This document shows positions 37,796-51,032 of a stretch of 64,000 bases of DNA, in pieces. Origin of the DNA: Octopus vulgaris (lineage: Eukaryota); assembly GCA_951406725.2 (NCBI GenBank), contig OX597839.1, positions 34,162,001 to 34,226,000 of the forward strand, given 5' to 3'. Made by a program: the position numbers and the translations under genes. The notes under the pieces are model-generated. The model did no database searches, had not been told where the DNA came from, and saw only the letters and a program-made list of their open reading frames with translations. Positions within the stretch are counted from its first letter, which is position 1. Each line of letters begins with the position of its first letter.

Positions 37796-38092
37796 GGTGA
37801 GCTGTCAGAATTGTTAGCACGCCGGGCGAAATGCTTAGCGGTATTTCGTCTGCCGTTACGTTCTGAGTTCAAATTCCGCCGAGGTCGACTTTGCCTTTCA
37901 TCCTTCCGGGGTCAATAAATTAAGTACCAGTTACGCACTGGGGGTCGATGTAATCGACTTAATCCGTGTGTCTGTCCTTGTTTGTCCACTCTATGTTTAT
38001 CCCCCTTGTGGGTAGTAAAGAAATAGGTATTTCGTCTGCCGTTACGTTCTGAGTTCAAATTCCGCCGAGGTCGACTTTGCCTTTCATCCTTT
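37796..38092 (+). mobile_element. SINE family C, full length plus partial internal tandem duplication
   Basis: ggtatttcgtctgccgttacgttctgagttcaaattccgccgaggtcgactttgcctttcatcc occurs twice. Confidence 0.85.
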
Positions 38093-38222
38093 ATAGAGTG
38101 GTTGGTGTTAGGAAGGGCATCCAGCCATGAAAGGCTCCTGCCTATTCAGCTCTGGTGAAACTGTCTGACCCATACCAGCATGGAAAGAGGATGATGATAA
38201 TGATATATATATAACTATATAT

Positions 38223-38586
38223 AGGCACAAGAGTGGCTGTGTGGTAAGAAGCTTACTTCCCAACCACATGGTTCTGGGTTCAGTCCCACTGTGTGGCATT
38301 TAGGGCAGGTGTCTTGTAAGAGGATTTGGTTGATAGAAACTGAAAGAAGGCTGTCGTATCTATATTTATATATGTATGTGTGTATATGTTTGTGTATGTG
38401 TGTTGTCCACCCACCCACCAACATCACTTGACAACCGATGCTGGTGTGTTTACATCCCTGTAACTTAGCAGTTTGGTAAAAAGAGACTGACAGAAATAAG
38501 TAGTGGGCTTACAAAGAATAAATCCTGGGGTTGATTTGCTCGACTAAAGGCAGTGCTCCAGCATGGTTGCAATCAAATGACTTGAA

Positions 38587-38588
<2 letters not shown>
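38223..38588 (+). mobile_element. SINE family A (small internal deletion)
   Basis: Family A head, core and tail. Confidence 0.85.
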
Positions 38589-38618
<30 letters not shown>

Positions 38619-38649
38619 ACAGATATTTGTCCCCATCTTGTTTGTTGTT

Positions 38650-38697
38650 AACACAACATTTCAGCTGATATACCCTCCAGCCTTCATCAGGTGCCTT
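38650..38697 (-). ncRNA. Minimal type I hammerhead ribozyme motif
   Basis: Minus strand GGCAC-CTGATGA-A-GGCTG-GAGGGTATAT-CAGCT-GAAA-TGTT-GTGTT. The sister copy at 36307-36339 has CAGCC-GAAACGTT-GTGTT, so the consensus is intact with palindromic AACGTT. Confidence 0.65.
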
Positions 38698-39307
38698 GGG
38701 GAAATTTCGAACCTGGGTTCTCATTCCTAAGGTATTTTTCGATGTTGTTATTGTTGTTGTTCTTCTTCTACTATTATTATTATTATTCAGGTCAGATGCC
38801 TGGAATCGAACTTGGAAGGCAGACGTTGAGCAATAATGTTGATGGTGATGATGATGATGATGATGATATATACATCCAGACCCACTGAAAATGTCTATTT
38901 TTTAAATATGTCTCCGAATTGAAATATTTCTGTTTTAATCAATATGTCAATTTAATCATAAACACTTTTTCTTATCTTCCTTACCACACACACACACACA
39001 CACATAAGTACACACAGACACACACAGGTGATCTCTCTCTCTCTCTCTCGCACACACACACACACACACAGACTGCAGTTATTGATTCTGTAAGAAAGTG
39101 CTTTTCCCACACACACCCAACAATTAAAGAAAGATCCATAAAGAGAGATGTTTGGTGTCTCCCTCTCTCTTGTTCATACCAACGCACTTGTGGCAGGGGA
39201 AGGATTTCTTACGACCATGTCAGTGTGTGTGTGTGTGTGTGTGAGCATGTATGTGTGAATGTGTGTGTGTGTGTGATGGACAGAATGAATATGGATTTGT
39301 GTTGCGC

Positions 39308-39342
<35 letters not shown>

Positions 39343-39859
39343 TGTGTGTGTGTGAGAGAGAGTGTGTGTGTGTATGAGTGTGTGTGTGTATGTGTGAGTG
39401 TGTGTGTGTGTGTGAGAGAGAGTGTGTGTGTGTATGAGTGTGTGTGTGTATGTGTGAGTGTGTGTGTGTGTGAGAGAGAGTGTGTGTGTGTATGAGTGTG
39501 TGTGTGTATGTGTGAGTGTGTGTGTGTGTGATGGACAGAATGAATATGGATTTGTGTGTCTGTGTGTGTGTATGTGTGAGTGTGTGTGTGTGTGATGGAC
39601 AGAATGAATATGGATTTGTGTGTCTGTGTGTGTGTATGTGTGAGTGTGTGTGTGTGTGTGTGTGAAAGAGAGATTGAGAAGGAGAGCTAGAAAGAGAGTA
39701 TGTGTGGGTGTGATAAAGGGAGAGAGACATACAGAGAAGGTATGTGTATGTGTGTATGTATGTGTGTGTGTGTGTGTGTGTATGTTTGTGTATACGTGTG
39801 TGTGTGTCTGTCTGTATGAGTTTATCTGTACACCTGCCTGTATATGACGTCTGTGTGCT

Positions 39860-40820
39860 TCACTTTATACCCACGTGGGTACGTGTAGGTTTGTATATAC
39901 ATCTGCGTGTGTGTGTGTTTATATATATGTACACATGTCTGTATGTGTGTGCACGTTTATATGTACACTTGCCTGTATGTGGCTCTCTGTGTGTTTCACT
40001 TTACACCCATGTGTGTACGTGTGTGTCTATATATACATCTGTGTGTGTGTGTGTGTGCATTTATATTTACACATGTCTGTGTGTGACTGTGTGTGTGTTT
40101 CACTTTACACTCACATGTGTATGTGTGTGTCTGTATATACATCTGTGTGTGTGTGTGTGTGTGTGTGTTTATATATATGTACACATGTCTGTGTGTATGT
40201 GTACTTTTATATGTACACCTACCTGTGTGTGACTGTCTGTGTGTCTGTATACGTCTGTATATACATCTGTATATACATCTGTGTGTGTGTGTGTGTGTGT
40301 GTGTTTATATATATGTACACATGTCTGTGTGTATGTGTACTTTTATATGTACACTTACCTGTGTGTGACTGTCTGTGTGTCTGTATACGTCTGTATATAC
40401 GTCTGTATATACATCTGTGTGTGTGTGTGTGTTTATATATATGTACACATGTCTGTGTGTATGTGTACTTTTATATGTACACTTACCTGTGTGTGACTGT
40501 CTGTGTGTCTGTATACGTCTGTATATACGTCTGTATATACATCTGTGTGTGTGTGTGTGTTTATATATATGTACACATGTCTGTGTGTATGTGTACTTTT
40601 ATATGTACACCTACCTGTGTGTGACTGTCTGTGTGTCTGTATATACGTCTGTATATACGTCTGTATATACATCTGTGTGTGTGTGTGTGTGTGTGTGTTT
40701 ATATATATGTACACATGTCTGTGTGTATGTGTACTTTTATATGTACACTTACCTGTGTGTGACTGTCTGTGTGTCTGTATATACGTCTGTATATACATCT
40801 GTGTGTGTGTGTGTGTGGGT
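39860..40820. repeat. Tandem array of ~120-135-bp units built from degenerate TG/TA repeats
   Basis: tttatatatatgtacacatgtctgtgtgtatgtgtacttttatatgtacac.tacctgtgtgtgactgtctg recurs at ~40168, 40304, 40432, 40560 and 40698. Confidence 0.9.
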
Positions 40821-41832
40821 CTGTTCCGATGTATGTAGCATGAAAAATTGACGTGTGCCAACCAAAATCGATTGCAATTCTGACGTGAAAGATTTGTCAT
40901 TAGAATCAATTCGCTGTTTTCACAGCCAAATGGTTTATTGAAATATATTCAAAGTTTTCTGAGTACAAAAGCAGGGAATAAAACTGACAGAACAATTCAG
41001 CCGTGGATGTTAGTTTAAAATTTTTAGCTTCTACAAAGGAAATATATTTGTTTAGTTTAGTTGGAGGGGAGGGGGGATGTTTGAAAAAAAAAAAAAAAGA
41101 AAAAAAGGAAAAAGCATAAATCATCATCATCGTCATCATCAACAACACCATCTTTATTAACATGGCTGTCATCATCATCATCATCATCATCATCGTTGTC
41201 GTCGTCGTCATTGTCATCATCATCACCATCATATTCAACACCACCATTATCGACATAGATCGTTATCATTATCATTATCATCATCATCATCATTATCATC
41301 ATCATCACCACCACCATCACCATCAACCCCATCCTCATTATCAAATTTGATTGTCATCATCATCATCATCATCATCGTTGCCATCAGCATTGCCCTGGAT
41401 CCTCCCACACACAAACCACCTTATCATCCCCCCCTTGCTCTCCCTCTCTCTCCCTCCCTCTCTCTCTCCCACCCTCTCACTCTCTCTCCCTCCCTCTCTC
41501 TCTCTCTCTCCCTCCCACCCTCTCTCTCTCCACTCACCTTGTTTAGATTGGAAGGAACAATGCAGGTAGCGATGGACAGGTGTGTTTATGGGTTTCCATA
41601 TAACGAATGGCTCTCCCTCCTTCCCAGGATCTCCATTGGGCAAATATCATCTACTAGAGCCTCAAGCCACCCCACTCCACTGTTCTACATTGTGAAGGGA
41701 AACTGTGGAAACTCATTGTATATACATTTTATTTTTCTATTTGTTTCAGTCATTTTGAATGCAGCCATGCTGTGCTCCAGCATGGCCACAGTCAAAATGA
41801 CTGAAACAAGTAAAATATATATATATAATATT

Positions 41833-42222
41833 GGGGCAGGAGTGGCTGTGTGGTAAGTAGCTTGTTTACCAACCACATGGTCCAGGGTTCAGTCCCACTG
41901 CGTGGCATCTTGGGCAAGTGTCTTCTGCTATAGCCCCGGGCCGACCAATGCCTTGTGAGTGGATTTGGTAGACGGAAACTGAAAGAAGCCCGTCGTATAT
42001 ATGTGTATATATATATATGCGTGTGTGTGTTTGTCCCCCTAGCATTGCTTGACAACCAATGCTGGTGTGTTTACGTCCCCGTCACTTAGCGGTTTGGCAA
42101 AAGAGACCGATAGAATAAGTACTGGGCTCACAAAGAAAAAGTCCCGGGGTCGATTTGCTCGACTAAAGGCGGTGCTCCAGCATGGCCGCAGTCAAATGAC
42201 TGAAACAAGTAAAAGAGTAAAA
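41833..42222 (+). mobile_element. SINE family A, full length
   Basis: Complete head, core and gtaaaagagtaaaag tail. Confidence 0.9.
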
Positions 42223-42223
42223 G

Positions 42224-42290
<67 letters not shown>

Positions 42291-42375
42291 GTATATATAT
42301 GTGCAGGTGACAATGTTGAGGGCAAACCACTGGATTAGAATGAAAAGGGACAATAAACAATGGCTAGAAGAATAT

Positions 42376-42588
42376 TCTTTTCTACTCGGGCACAAGGCCT
42401 GAAATTTTGGAGGAGGGTGCCAGTTGATTAGACCAACCCCAGTGCGAAACTGGTACTTAATCTATCGACCCCGAAAGGATGAAAGGCAAAGTCGACCTTG
42501 GCGGAATTTGAACTCAGAACGTAGCGGCAGACGAAATACTGCTAAGCATTTTTCTCAGTGTGCTAACGTTTCTGCCAGCTCACTGCCT
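42376..42588 (-). mobile_element. SINE family C
   Basis: Reverse complement of the family C head and central domain. Confidence 0.85.
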
Positions 42589-43590
42589 TTGGCTAGAAGA
42601 ATATCGAGTGAAGCCTAGTCACCAGTGGATCAAGCAAGTGGGACCCTCTTCTCACTGAGGAGGGTGCTGGTGTGCAATAAACCCAATGAGAGGAAGGCTC
42701 TGAAGCTGGGTACGTTCTCTCCTGATGGGGCCTTAAGCTTGCTAATGTCCGATAAGCAGAGCTTTCAAATGATGACACTTGTATGTGCAAGCTGTTTGTA
42801 AATAATGTGTGTGTGTGTGTGCGTATGTGTATGTATATATGTGTGCATATGTTTATGTATATGTGTGTGTATATGTGAGTGTGTATATGTGTGTGTGCAT
42901 GTATGTGTGTATATGTGTGTGTGTATGTATGCATGTAGACATATATGTATGTGTGTGTGTACATGTGTATGCATATGTGTGCATGTATGTGTGTATGTAT
43001 GAATGTAGATATATGTATATGTGTTGGCATATGTGTGTATATATATGTATGTGTGTATATATATATGTGTGTGTGTATATGTATGTGTAGGTATATGTGT
43101 ATATATGCATGTAGATATATATATTTATGTGTGTGTGTGCATATGTGTATGTATATATACGTGTATATATATATATATATGTGTGTGTATGTATGTGTGT
43201 GTATATGTGTGAGTATGTGTGTGTGTGTGTATGTATGCATGTCGGTATGTGTGTGTGTGTATTATTTACTGAAACAGGTAAAAAGAAAAAAAACCCCAAA
43301 GATTTTGCTTCCAAAAGAGGATTTCTGTTTTCACCATTTAAACCGATTCCATGAAACCATTCCTTTCTCTTTGACAGCACTCAACACAACATTATATCAA
43401 ATGATAAATGCCATATTGGCTTTTCTTTTTCACACGTGGTTTTTTCTTTTTTGTTTCCATATCCGTCCAATAATTCCATTTCACATCTGTCTTATATACG
43501 TACGTATGTATGTATATATATATGTATTATTATCATTATCATTATTCTTTGTATTGTCCCCCTCATCCTTCGCCCTTATGGAAAATAAAA

Positions 43591-43683
<93 letters not shown>

Positions 43684-43790
43684 ATTATTATTATTATTAT
43701 TATTAATAATAGCATTGTTACACACACTGTTTTGTCCTGTGCCATCCTTAATGTTTATCTTTACGTGGAGTCATTGTGGTCAATAAAGAA

Positions 43791-43831
<41 letters not shown>

Positions 43832-43972
43832 TATTATTACTATTATTGTTACAAATAGGTTTATTATCATTATTATTGTTGTTATTCTTATTCTTGTTAT
43901 CATTATTATTATTATTATTATTATTATTTGTATTGTCCCCCTCATCCTTCACCCTTATGGCAAATAAATGAA

Positions 43973-44010
<38 letters not shown>

Positions 44011-44040
44011 AACTACTATTATTATTATTATTACAACTAC

Positions 44041-44091
<51 letters not shown>

Positions 44092-44129
44092 CATTGCTAC
44101 CATTAATCTATTGACACTTTCTTTTAAAG

Positions 44130-44780
44130 CCGTGTGATTTATCTAAAAGCGGTGCCAAGGAGATATTCCACAGAGGATTCCCAGCATATATCCTTTTTAT
44201 CCGTTTCTATCCATCCCCATTAATTTCAATATAGAATTTTTATTGTTTGGTTAACACTCACTTTGATTCCCGAAGAGAACATGCTCAATCTCTCTCGGAA
44301 TTCCTCAAACAAAGATGACAAACCACACAGTGAAGTATTTAACATTTTTTTTTTTTACCGTTTTCTTTTGTTTCCATTATAATTCCTGCTTCTTTGTAGA
44401 AATACCGTAAAATGGTATCACCTGCATTAAAGAATTATCTAGCATCCAATAACATCAGTGGCTATATATCGTTGATATAAATAATAAATAATAGTGGTCT
44501 GCAAATGCTTCTTTGAGGAAGGGCAGCGCTTTTCTGTTTCTATTTTATCCGATATTCTGTCGTTGATTCTGATAGCTGTTCTCTGATGATATCCACCATT
44601 CTGTTTCTGTTGGTATTTGGATTAGCATTTTTATTTGAATTTGGAGTCCAGTGGTGCCAGAATCTTTTTGAAGATTAACCTAGATAATTCTTCTGAATAA
44701 ACGTTTGTTCTTTTACTGTTTTGTAGAAATAATCAAGTCAGCTTCTGTTGAGCTTTTGCTTCTGAAAGTCAACTGGTAGT
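44130..44780 (-). mobile_element. Highly decayed CR1/L2/Jockey-group LINE reverse transcriptase
   Basis: Minus strand near 44520-44410 reads LPQRSICRPLLFIIYINDI*......FFNAGDT, corresponding to VPQGS.LGPLLF.IYINDL...YADD. Confidence 0.65.
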
Positions 44781-44987
44781 CTACTCTTTTACTTGTTTCA
44801 GTCATTTGACTGCGGCCATGCTGGAGCACCGCTCTTTAATCGAGCAACTCGACCTCGGGACTTATTCTTTTGTAAGCTCGGTACTTATTCTATCGGTCTC
44901 TTTTTGCCGAACCGCTAAGTAACGGGGACATAAACACACCAGCATCGGTTGTCAAGCAATGCTAGGGGGACAAACACAGATACACAA

Positions 44988-45018
<31 letters not shown>

Positions 45019-45190
45019 CATATATACGACGGGCTTCTTTCAGTTTCCGTCTATCAAATCCACTGACAAGGCTTTGGTCAGCCCGAGGCTATAGTAGAAG
45101 ACACTTGCCCAAGGTGCCACACAGTGGGACTGAACCCGGAGTCATGTGGTTGGTAAACAAGCTACTTACCACACAGCCACTCCTGTGCCT
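44781..45190 (-). mobile_element. SINE family A, full length
   Basis: Family A motifs. Confidence 0.9.
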
Positions 45191-45193
45191 GTC

Positions 45194-45224
<31 letters not shown>

Positions 45225-45366
45225 CTTTCTATGTAATCTCCAATTTTAAAAACACATAATATATAACAGTGGCACTTGTTTACAGCTTTCAGATGATGAC
45301 AAAACAAGGAGACAAACACATACACACACTGACACACAGACATACACACACACAGACATATATATA

Positions 45367-45882
45367 TGCCAGCCTCGCCTGGCCCCCATGCCGGTGACAC
45401 GTAAAAAGCACCATCCGACCGTGGCTGTTTGCCAGCCTCACCTGGCCCCCATGCCGGTGGCACGTAAAAAGCACCATCCGACCGTGGCCGTTTGCCAGCC
45501 TCGCCTGGCCCCCATGCCGGTGGCACGTAAAAAGCACCATCCGACCGTGGCCGTTTGCCAGCCTCGCCTGGCCCCCATGCCGGTGGCACGTAAAAAGCAC
45601 CATCCGACCGTGGCCGTTTGCCATGGCACGTAAAAAGCACCATCCGACCGTGGCCGTTTGCCAGCCTTGCCTGGCACCTGTGCCGGTGGCATGTAAAAAG
45701 CACCCACTACACTCACGGAGTGGTTGGCGTTAGGAAGGGCATCCAACCATAGAAACATTGCCAGATCAGACTGGGCCCGGTGCAGCCTTCTGGCTTCCCA
45801 GACCGCAGTTGAACCGTCCAACCCATGCTAGCATGGAAAGCGGACGCTAAATGATGAAGATGATGATGATGATGATGATGAT
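45367..45882 (+). mobile_element. RTE LINE 3' UTR containing a 63-bp tandem array (4-5 units) and (GAT)n tail
   Basis: Unit gccagcctcgcctggcccccatgccggtggcacgtaaaaagcaccatccgaccgtggccgttt, followed by tggcgttaggaagggcatcc...gcatggaaagcggacgctaaatgatg. Confidence 0.85.
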
Positions 45883-46726
45883 ATATATATATATATGTAG
45901 TTAATCCAAACATGAACAAAGAGAAAACACAACAACGCGAGGACATAGAACAAGGCTTCTTTCAGTTTCCATCTACCAAATCCACTCACAAGGCTTTGGT
46001 CAGCCCAAGGTTGTAGTAGAAGACATTTGCCCAAGGTTAAAAAGAGACGATGAGCTACGGCTTGGAGAATATTGAGCAAAACATAATAACCAGTTGATGT
46101 AGCAAGCAGAACCGCCTTTCAGTGAGGGGCAGGGCTTGTGTGCAATGATGCTGTCAAAAGGAAGGCCCCTGAATTAGCGTGTGTTCTCTCCTGATGACCC
46201 ATAAGCTTGATAGCATCTGGTATGTGGAGCTTTCAGCTGGTATCGCTTGTAAGTTGTTTGCAAAAAAATTCATCCGAGCCATGAAAGCTTAGAAAAACGG
46301 ACATTAAGACAATGATGACGTTTATAAACGGACTCAACCGACAGTCAAACAGATCCTACACTTGACAACAGCTGTTTGACACAGTTCTACAAATCGTTAA
46401 TCCATAGATACTTAACGACAGTGCTTTTCGGATAAATTGGAAGAGATGGCCGCAACATAATTACAGAGTGTGTCTTTGAATGAGTAGTTCCACTGTTCTG
46501 TTGACCTCGTTGCCAGAGCTGGTTAACAGTTGCGAACACCTGGCAGCATTCTCAAACGCTAAAAGACCGTTCTATAGTGGTTTCTTGTGTGGTGCTAACG
46601 TCACATGTCTTTGAAGAGTGAGTGTAATCACATCAACCAATCTTAGCATTCGATTGAGGGTTCATTCTTGTCAATCACAGAAGAATGAAAGACAGAATTG
46701 GCTATGACAGCAACAGAATCCAGAAG

Positions 46727-46776
<50 letters not shown>

Positions 46777-46834
46777 TAAAATTGATTACAACAGCAGTAA
46801 CAACGATAAAAATATTTTTCAAATTACCATTATT

Positions 46835-46879
<45 letters not shown>

Positions 46880-47054
46880 TTTCGTTTTTGAACGCAGTGC
46901 AAAAAACGGACAGAGTCAAAACTATTGAAAAGGTTGCCAGGTGCAACGAAAACTTTAGGACAATAAAAATAAGAAAAAAAGTGGAAATTTTAACGGTCCG
47001 TGTGTTATATTATAAGGCACAAAAAGGAAATGACTCTCTCCAGACACAACAGAA

Positions 47055-47328
47055 TTATTATTATTATTATTATTCAGTAGTCATATTTTCACCACTTGCT
47101 TTCACTGCACTACCGAGCACAGCTCTGTGTGCCTTGGGCATGTGCTGTGGTTTGTTGTGGTGCTCTTACTTTTACAGTATTGAAAGTATTTTATGCAGGA
47201 TGTGTGTAGTGCCTAGTGGTGCTATTTTCTGTGTGTTATATATACTTGTAAGTCCTGGTGTTTTTGTTATGTATTTCTCTGAATGTTTTAATTTTTATCA
47301 TACGTAATGCACCTACTATGATAAGAAT
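47055..47328 (-). mobile_element. R4/Dong-like LINE 3' end (second family)
   Basis: ILIIVGALRMIK/KHSEKYITKTPGLTSIYNTQKIAPLGTTHILHKILSIL*, then 3' UTR and (TAA)n tail. Confidence 0.8.
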
Positions 47329-47830
47329 ATATGTATGTATATTATATATACGTGTGTGTGTGTGTCTTTATGGCTGTGTTTGTCCACCTCCACCGCTTGA
47401 CAACTGATGTTGGTTTGTTTACATTCTTGTAACTTACTAGTTTGGCAGAAGTGACTGATAGAATAAGTATCAAGGCTTTGAAAAAAAAAGGACTGTTGTC
47501 AATTCATTCAACTAAAAAGAATTCTTGAGGGTGGTGCTCCAGCATGGCCACAGTCTAATGACTGAAACAAGCAAAAGAATGAAAAGAATAAAAGGTTTGT
47601 GCAGGGGAGTGGGTGGAGGAGCCATATTGATTTTTGAGAGCTTTTAAAGGTCATTGAAGGTGAAACCTAATGGTCAATTACGATTGGGAGTAGGAGTGGA
47701 GAGACAGGTTGGATGCGGAGGGGGTGCGTCGAGAGACGTACACCATTGTGTGTGTGTGTGTGTGAGAGAGAGTTTGTGTGCATGTTTGCGTGTCTGTGCA
47801 ATGATTATTTAGATGTGTGTTTGTTTGTTT

Positions 47831-48145
47831 ATCACCATCATCATCAAAATCACCACCATCAATCACCGCCATCAATCACCACCATCAATCATCACCATCA
47901 ATCACCACCATTAATCATCACCATCAATTATCGCCACCAATCATAACCAATAATCATCACCATCAATCATCACCATTAATCACCACCATCGATTATCATC
48001 ATCAAATTCACCACCATCATTCATCGCCATCAATCACCACCATCAATCATCTCCATCAATCACCACCATCAATCATCACCATTAATCATAGCCATTAATC
48101 ATCACCATCAATCATTACCATCAATCATTACCATCAATCATCATC
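47831..48145. repeat. 13-bp minisatellite (atcaatcaccacc)n, degenerate
   Basis: Directly visible. Confidence 0.85.
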
Positions 48146-48407
48146 TTTTAACATCTGTTTTCCATACTGGCATGGGTTGGCTAGCTTGACAGGATCCAGC
48201 AAGTTGCAAAGCAGTGCCAATCCAAGCTGGAGGGTCAGCTTTGGTGACCCTCCAGTTTTCTATCTGTCTCAGCAAACTGTGCCTGACCCAGGCTAGCATG
48301 GACAAGTGGTCACTAAATGACGATGATTGTTTTGTTGTATTCTTGATTAATTCTGTCCGGACAAGTTCATGGAATCCTTGACCATTCTCTGTGGCAAAGG
48401 GTTCATC

Positions 48408-48644
48408 TACTCTCTTTTACTCTTTTACTTATTTCAGTCATTTTGACTGCGGCCATGCTTGAGCACCGCCTTCAGTTGAGCAACTCGACCCCGGGACTTA
48501 TTCTTTTAGTAAGCCCAGTACTTAATCTATCGGTCTCTTTGCCGAACCGCTAAGTGACGGGGACGTAAACACACCAGCATCGGTTGTCAAGCAATGCTAG
48601 GGGAACAAACACAGACACACAAACATATACACACACATACATAT

Positions 48645-48701
<57 letters not shown>

Positions 48702-48872
48702 CATATATACGATGGGCTTCTTTCAGTTTCCGTCTACTAAATCCACTCACAAGGCATTGGTCGGCCCGGGGCTATGGTAGAAGACACTTGCCCAAGATGC
48801 CATGCAGTGGGACTGAACCTGGAATCATGTGGTTGGTAAGCAAGCTACTTACCACACAGCCACTCCTGTGCC
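48408..48872 (-). mobile_element. SINE family A, full length
   Basis: Family A motifs. Confidence 0.9.
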
Positions 48873-49469
48873 TATTTTGAGCATATTTTGAACTCTTTAA
48901 GCTCATCAGACTTCATCTTGATATCAGAAATATTTCCAGTGTTTTTACATCAGATGATGGAATTTGGAATCCAGAAATGGTAAACCCTTGAGGGTGGAGC
49001 AGACTACATCTGACAAGTGTGTGATATCATTTATACATCGCAGGTATATCGTGATAAGGAAGATAACGACAACGATGGCTAGAATGATGACGAGGGGGAA
49101 ACTGATAATGGCAATGACGATCATTATCATCATCATCATCATCATCATCATAATTCTCGTCGTTGTCACGTTGGTTATGGTGAAGATGTACAGGGTGAGG
49201 AAGCAAAAGAGGAGGAGGAGGAGTATGAAGGGGAGGAGGTGAAAGGAGGAGGAGGTGGTGGTGGTGGAGGAGATGAATGGAGAAAATGTTATATTGGTAA
49301 TGACAAAGGCAATGCTATTATCATTGATGATGATGACGACAATGACGATGATGATCGTGGTGGTGGTGGTGATGATTATGTTGGTGGCAAGGAGTAGAAG
49401 GAGGTGGATGGACATGATGATTATGAAGACAGTGTTATCGGTGGTGGATGGCAATGGTGGGTAATGAGG

Positions 49470-49964
49470 TGGACGATGATGATGATGATGATGGTGGTGG
49501 TGATGATGGTGGTGGTAGTGGTAGTGGTGGTGGTGGTGGTGATGATGATGATGATGATGGTAGTGGTGGTGGTAGTGGTGGTGATGGTGGTGGTGGTAGT
49601 GGTGGTGGTGGTGATGGTGATGATGGTGGTGGTGGTGTTGGTGGTGATGATGATGATGATGGTGGTGGTGGTAGTGGTGGTGGTGATGGTGGTGGTAGTG
49701 GTGATGGTGGTGGTAGTGGTGATGGTGGTGGTGGTGGTGATGATGATGATGATGGTGGTGGTGGTAGTGGTGGTGATGATGATGGTGGTGGTAGTGGTAG
49801 TGGTGATGGTGGTGGTGGTGGTGTTGGTGGTGGTGATGATGATGATGGTGGTGGTGGTGGTGGTGGTAGTAGTGGTGGTGGTGATGATGATGATGATGAT
49901 GATGGTGATGATGGTGGTAGTGGTAGTGGTGGTGGTTGTGGTGTTGATGATCATTATGACGACA

Positions 49965-49996
<32 letters not shown>

Positions 49997-50066
49997 GATT
50001 GTGGTGGTAGCAGGGCTGACGATGGTGGCATCGACAGACATGACAATAGTGCAGTAACGATGGTAG

Positions 50067-50104
<38 letters not shown>

Positions 50105-50489
50105 GTGGTGATGTGATGGTGATGATGACGCTGACAACAATGGCAATATTAATGCTGCGAACAACGACGACAACCTCCACGACAATAATCACAATATATC
50201 GACAATGGGAATAATGAATTTAGCGCCGTATTAATTTAACTGACAGGTAAAATTCCCAAGACTCGTTTGACAATGACAGAAGAGAAAAATAATGCAAGTG
50301 TCTAGAATTGGTTCGTAGAATGGATTCCTTGTCTCGTTGTCGCCTTCCTACAAAAGATTCCTCATCGAAGCCGTTGTTACATGCTGCATCTTATAGAATT
50401 TGCAGTAAACGCTGGAAATTCATAATTTTAGCTGACTTTTCGCAATTGGATTCCTTGACTTGAAATTAAATCCAAACCTTGCATATGTT

Positions 50490-50539
<50 letters not shown>

Positions 50540-50540
50540 T

Positions 50541-50575
<35 letters not shown>

Positions 50576-50591
50576 CATCCTCATCATCATT

Positions 50592-50637
<46 letters not shown>

Positions 50638-51032
50638 CCATTATTATCATCATCATCACCATCACCATCATCACCATCATCATCATCACCACCACCACCA
50701 TCACCATCATTATCATCATCATCATCATCATTATCATCATCATCACCACCATCATCATCATCATCATATTCACTATCACCATCACCATCATCATCATCAT
50801 TATCATCACCATCATTATCATCATCATCATCATTATCATCATCATCACCATCATCACCATCATTATCATCATCATCACCATCACCATCATCACCACCACC
50901 ATCATCATCATCATCATCATTATTATCATCATCATCACCATCATCATCATCACCATCACCACCACCACCATCATCATCATCACCATCATCATTATCATCA
51001 TCATCACCATCATTATCATCATCCTCGTCATC
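49470..51032. repeat. (GGT/GAT)n array (49470-50130) and (ATC/ACC)n array (50488-51032) in opposite orientation around a unique island
   Basis: Directly visible. Confidence 0.9.

Noticed and set aside
41833-41905. tRNA gene
   Set aside because: A and B boxes are present, but they belong to the tRNA-derived SINE head and no full cloverleaf is evident.
48872-48915. Minus-strand CTGATGAGC...GCTCAAAA as a hammerhead
   Set aside because: The stem would consume G8/A9, GAAA is absent, and no stem I is found.
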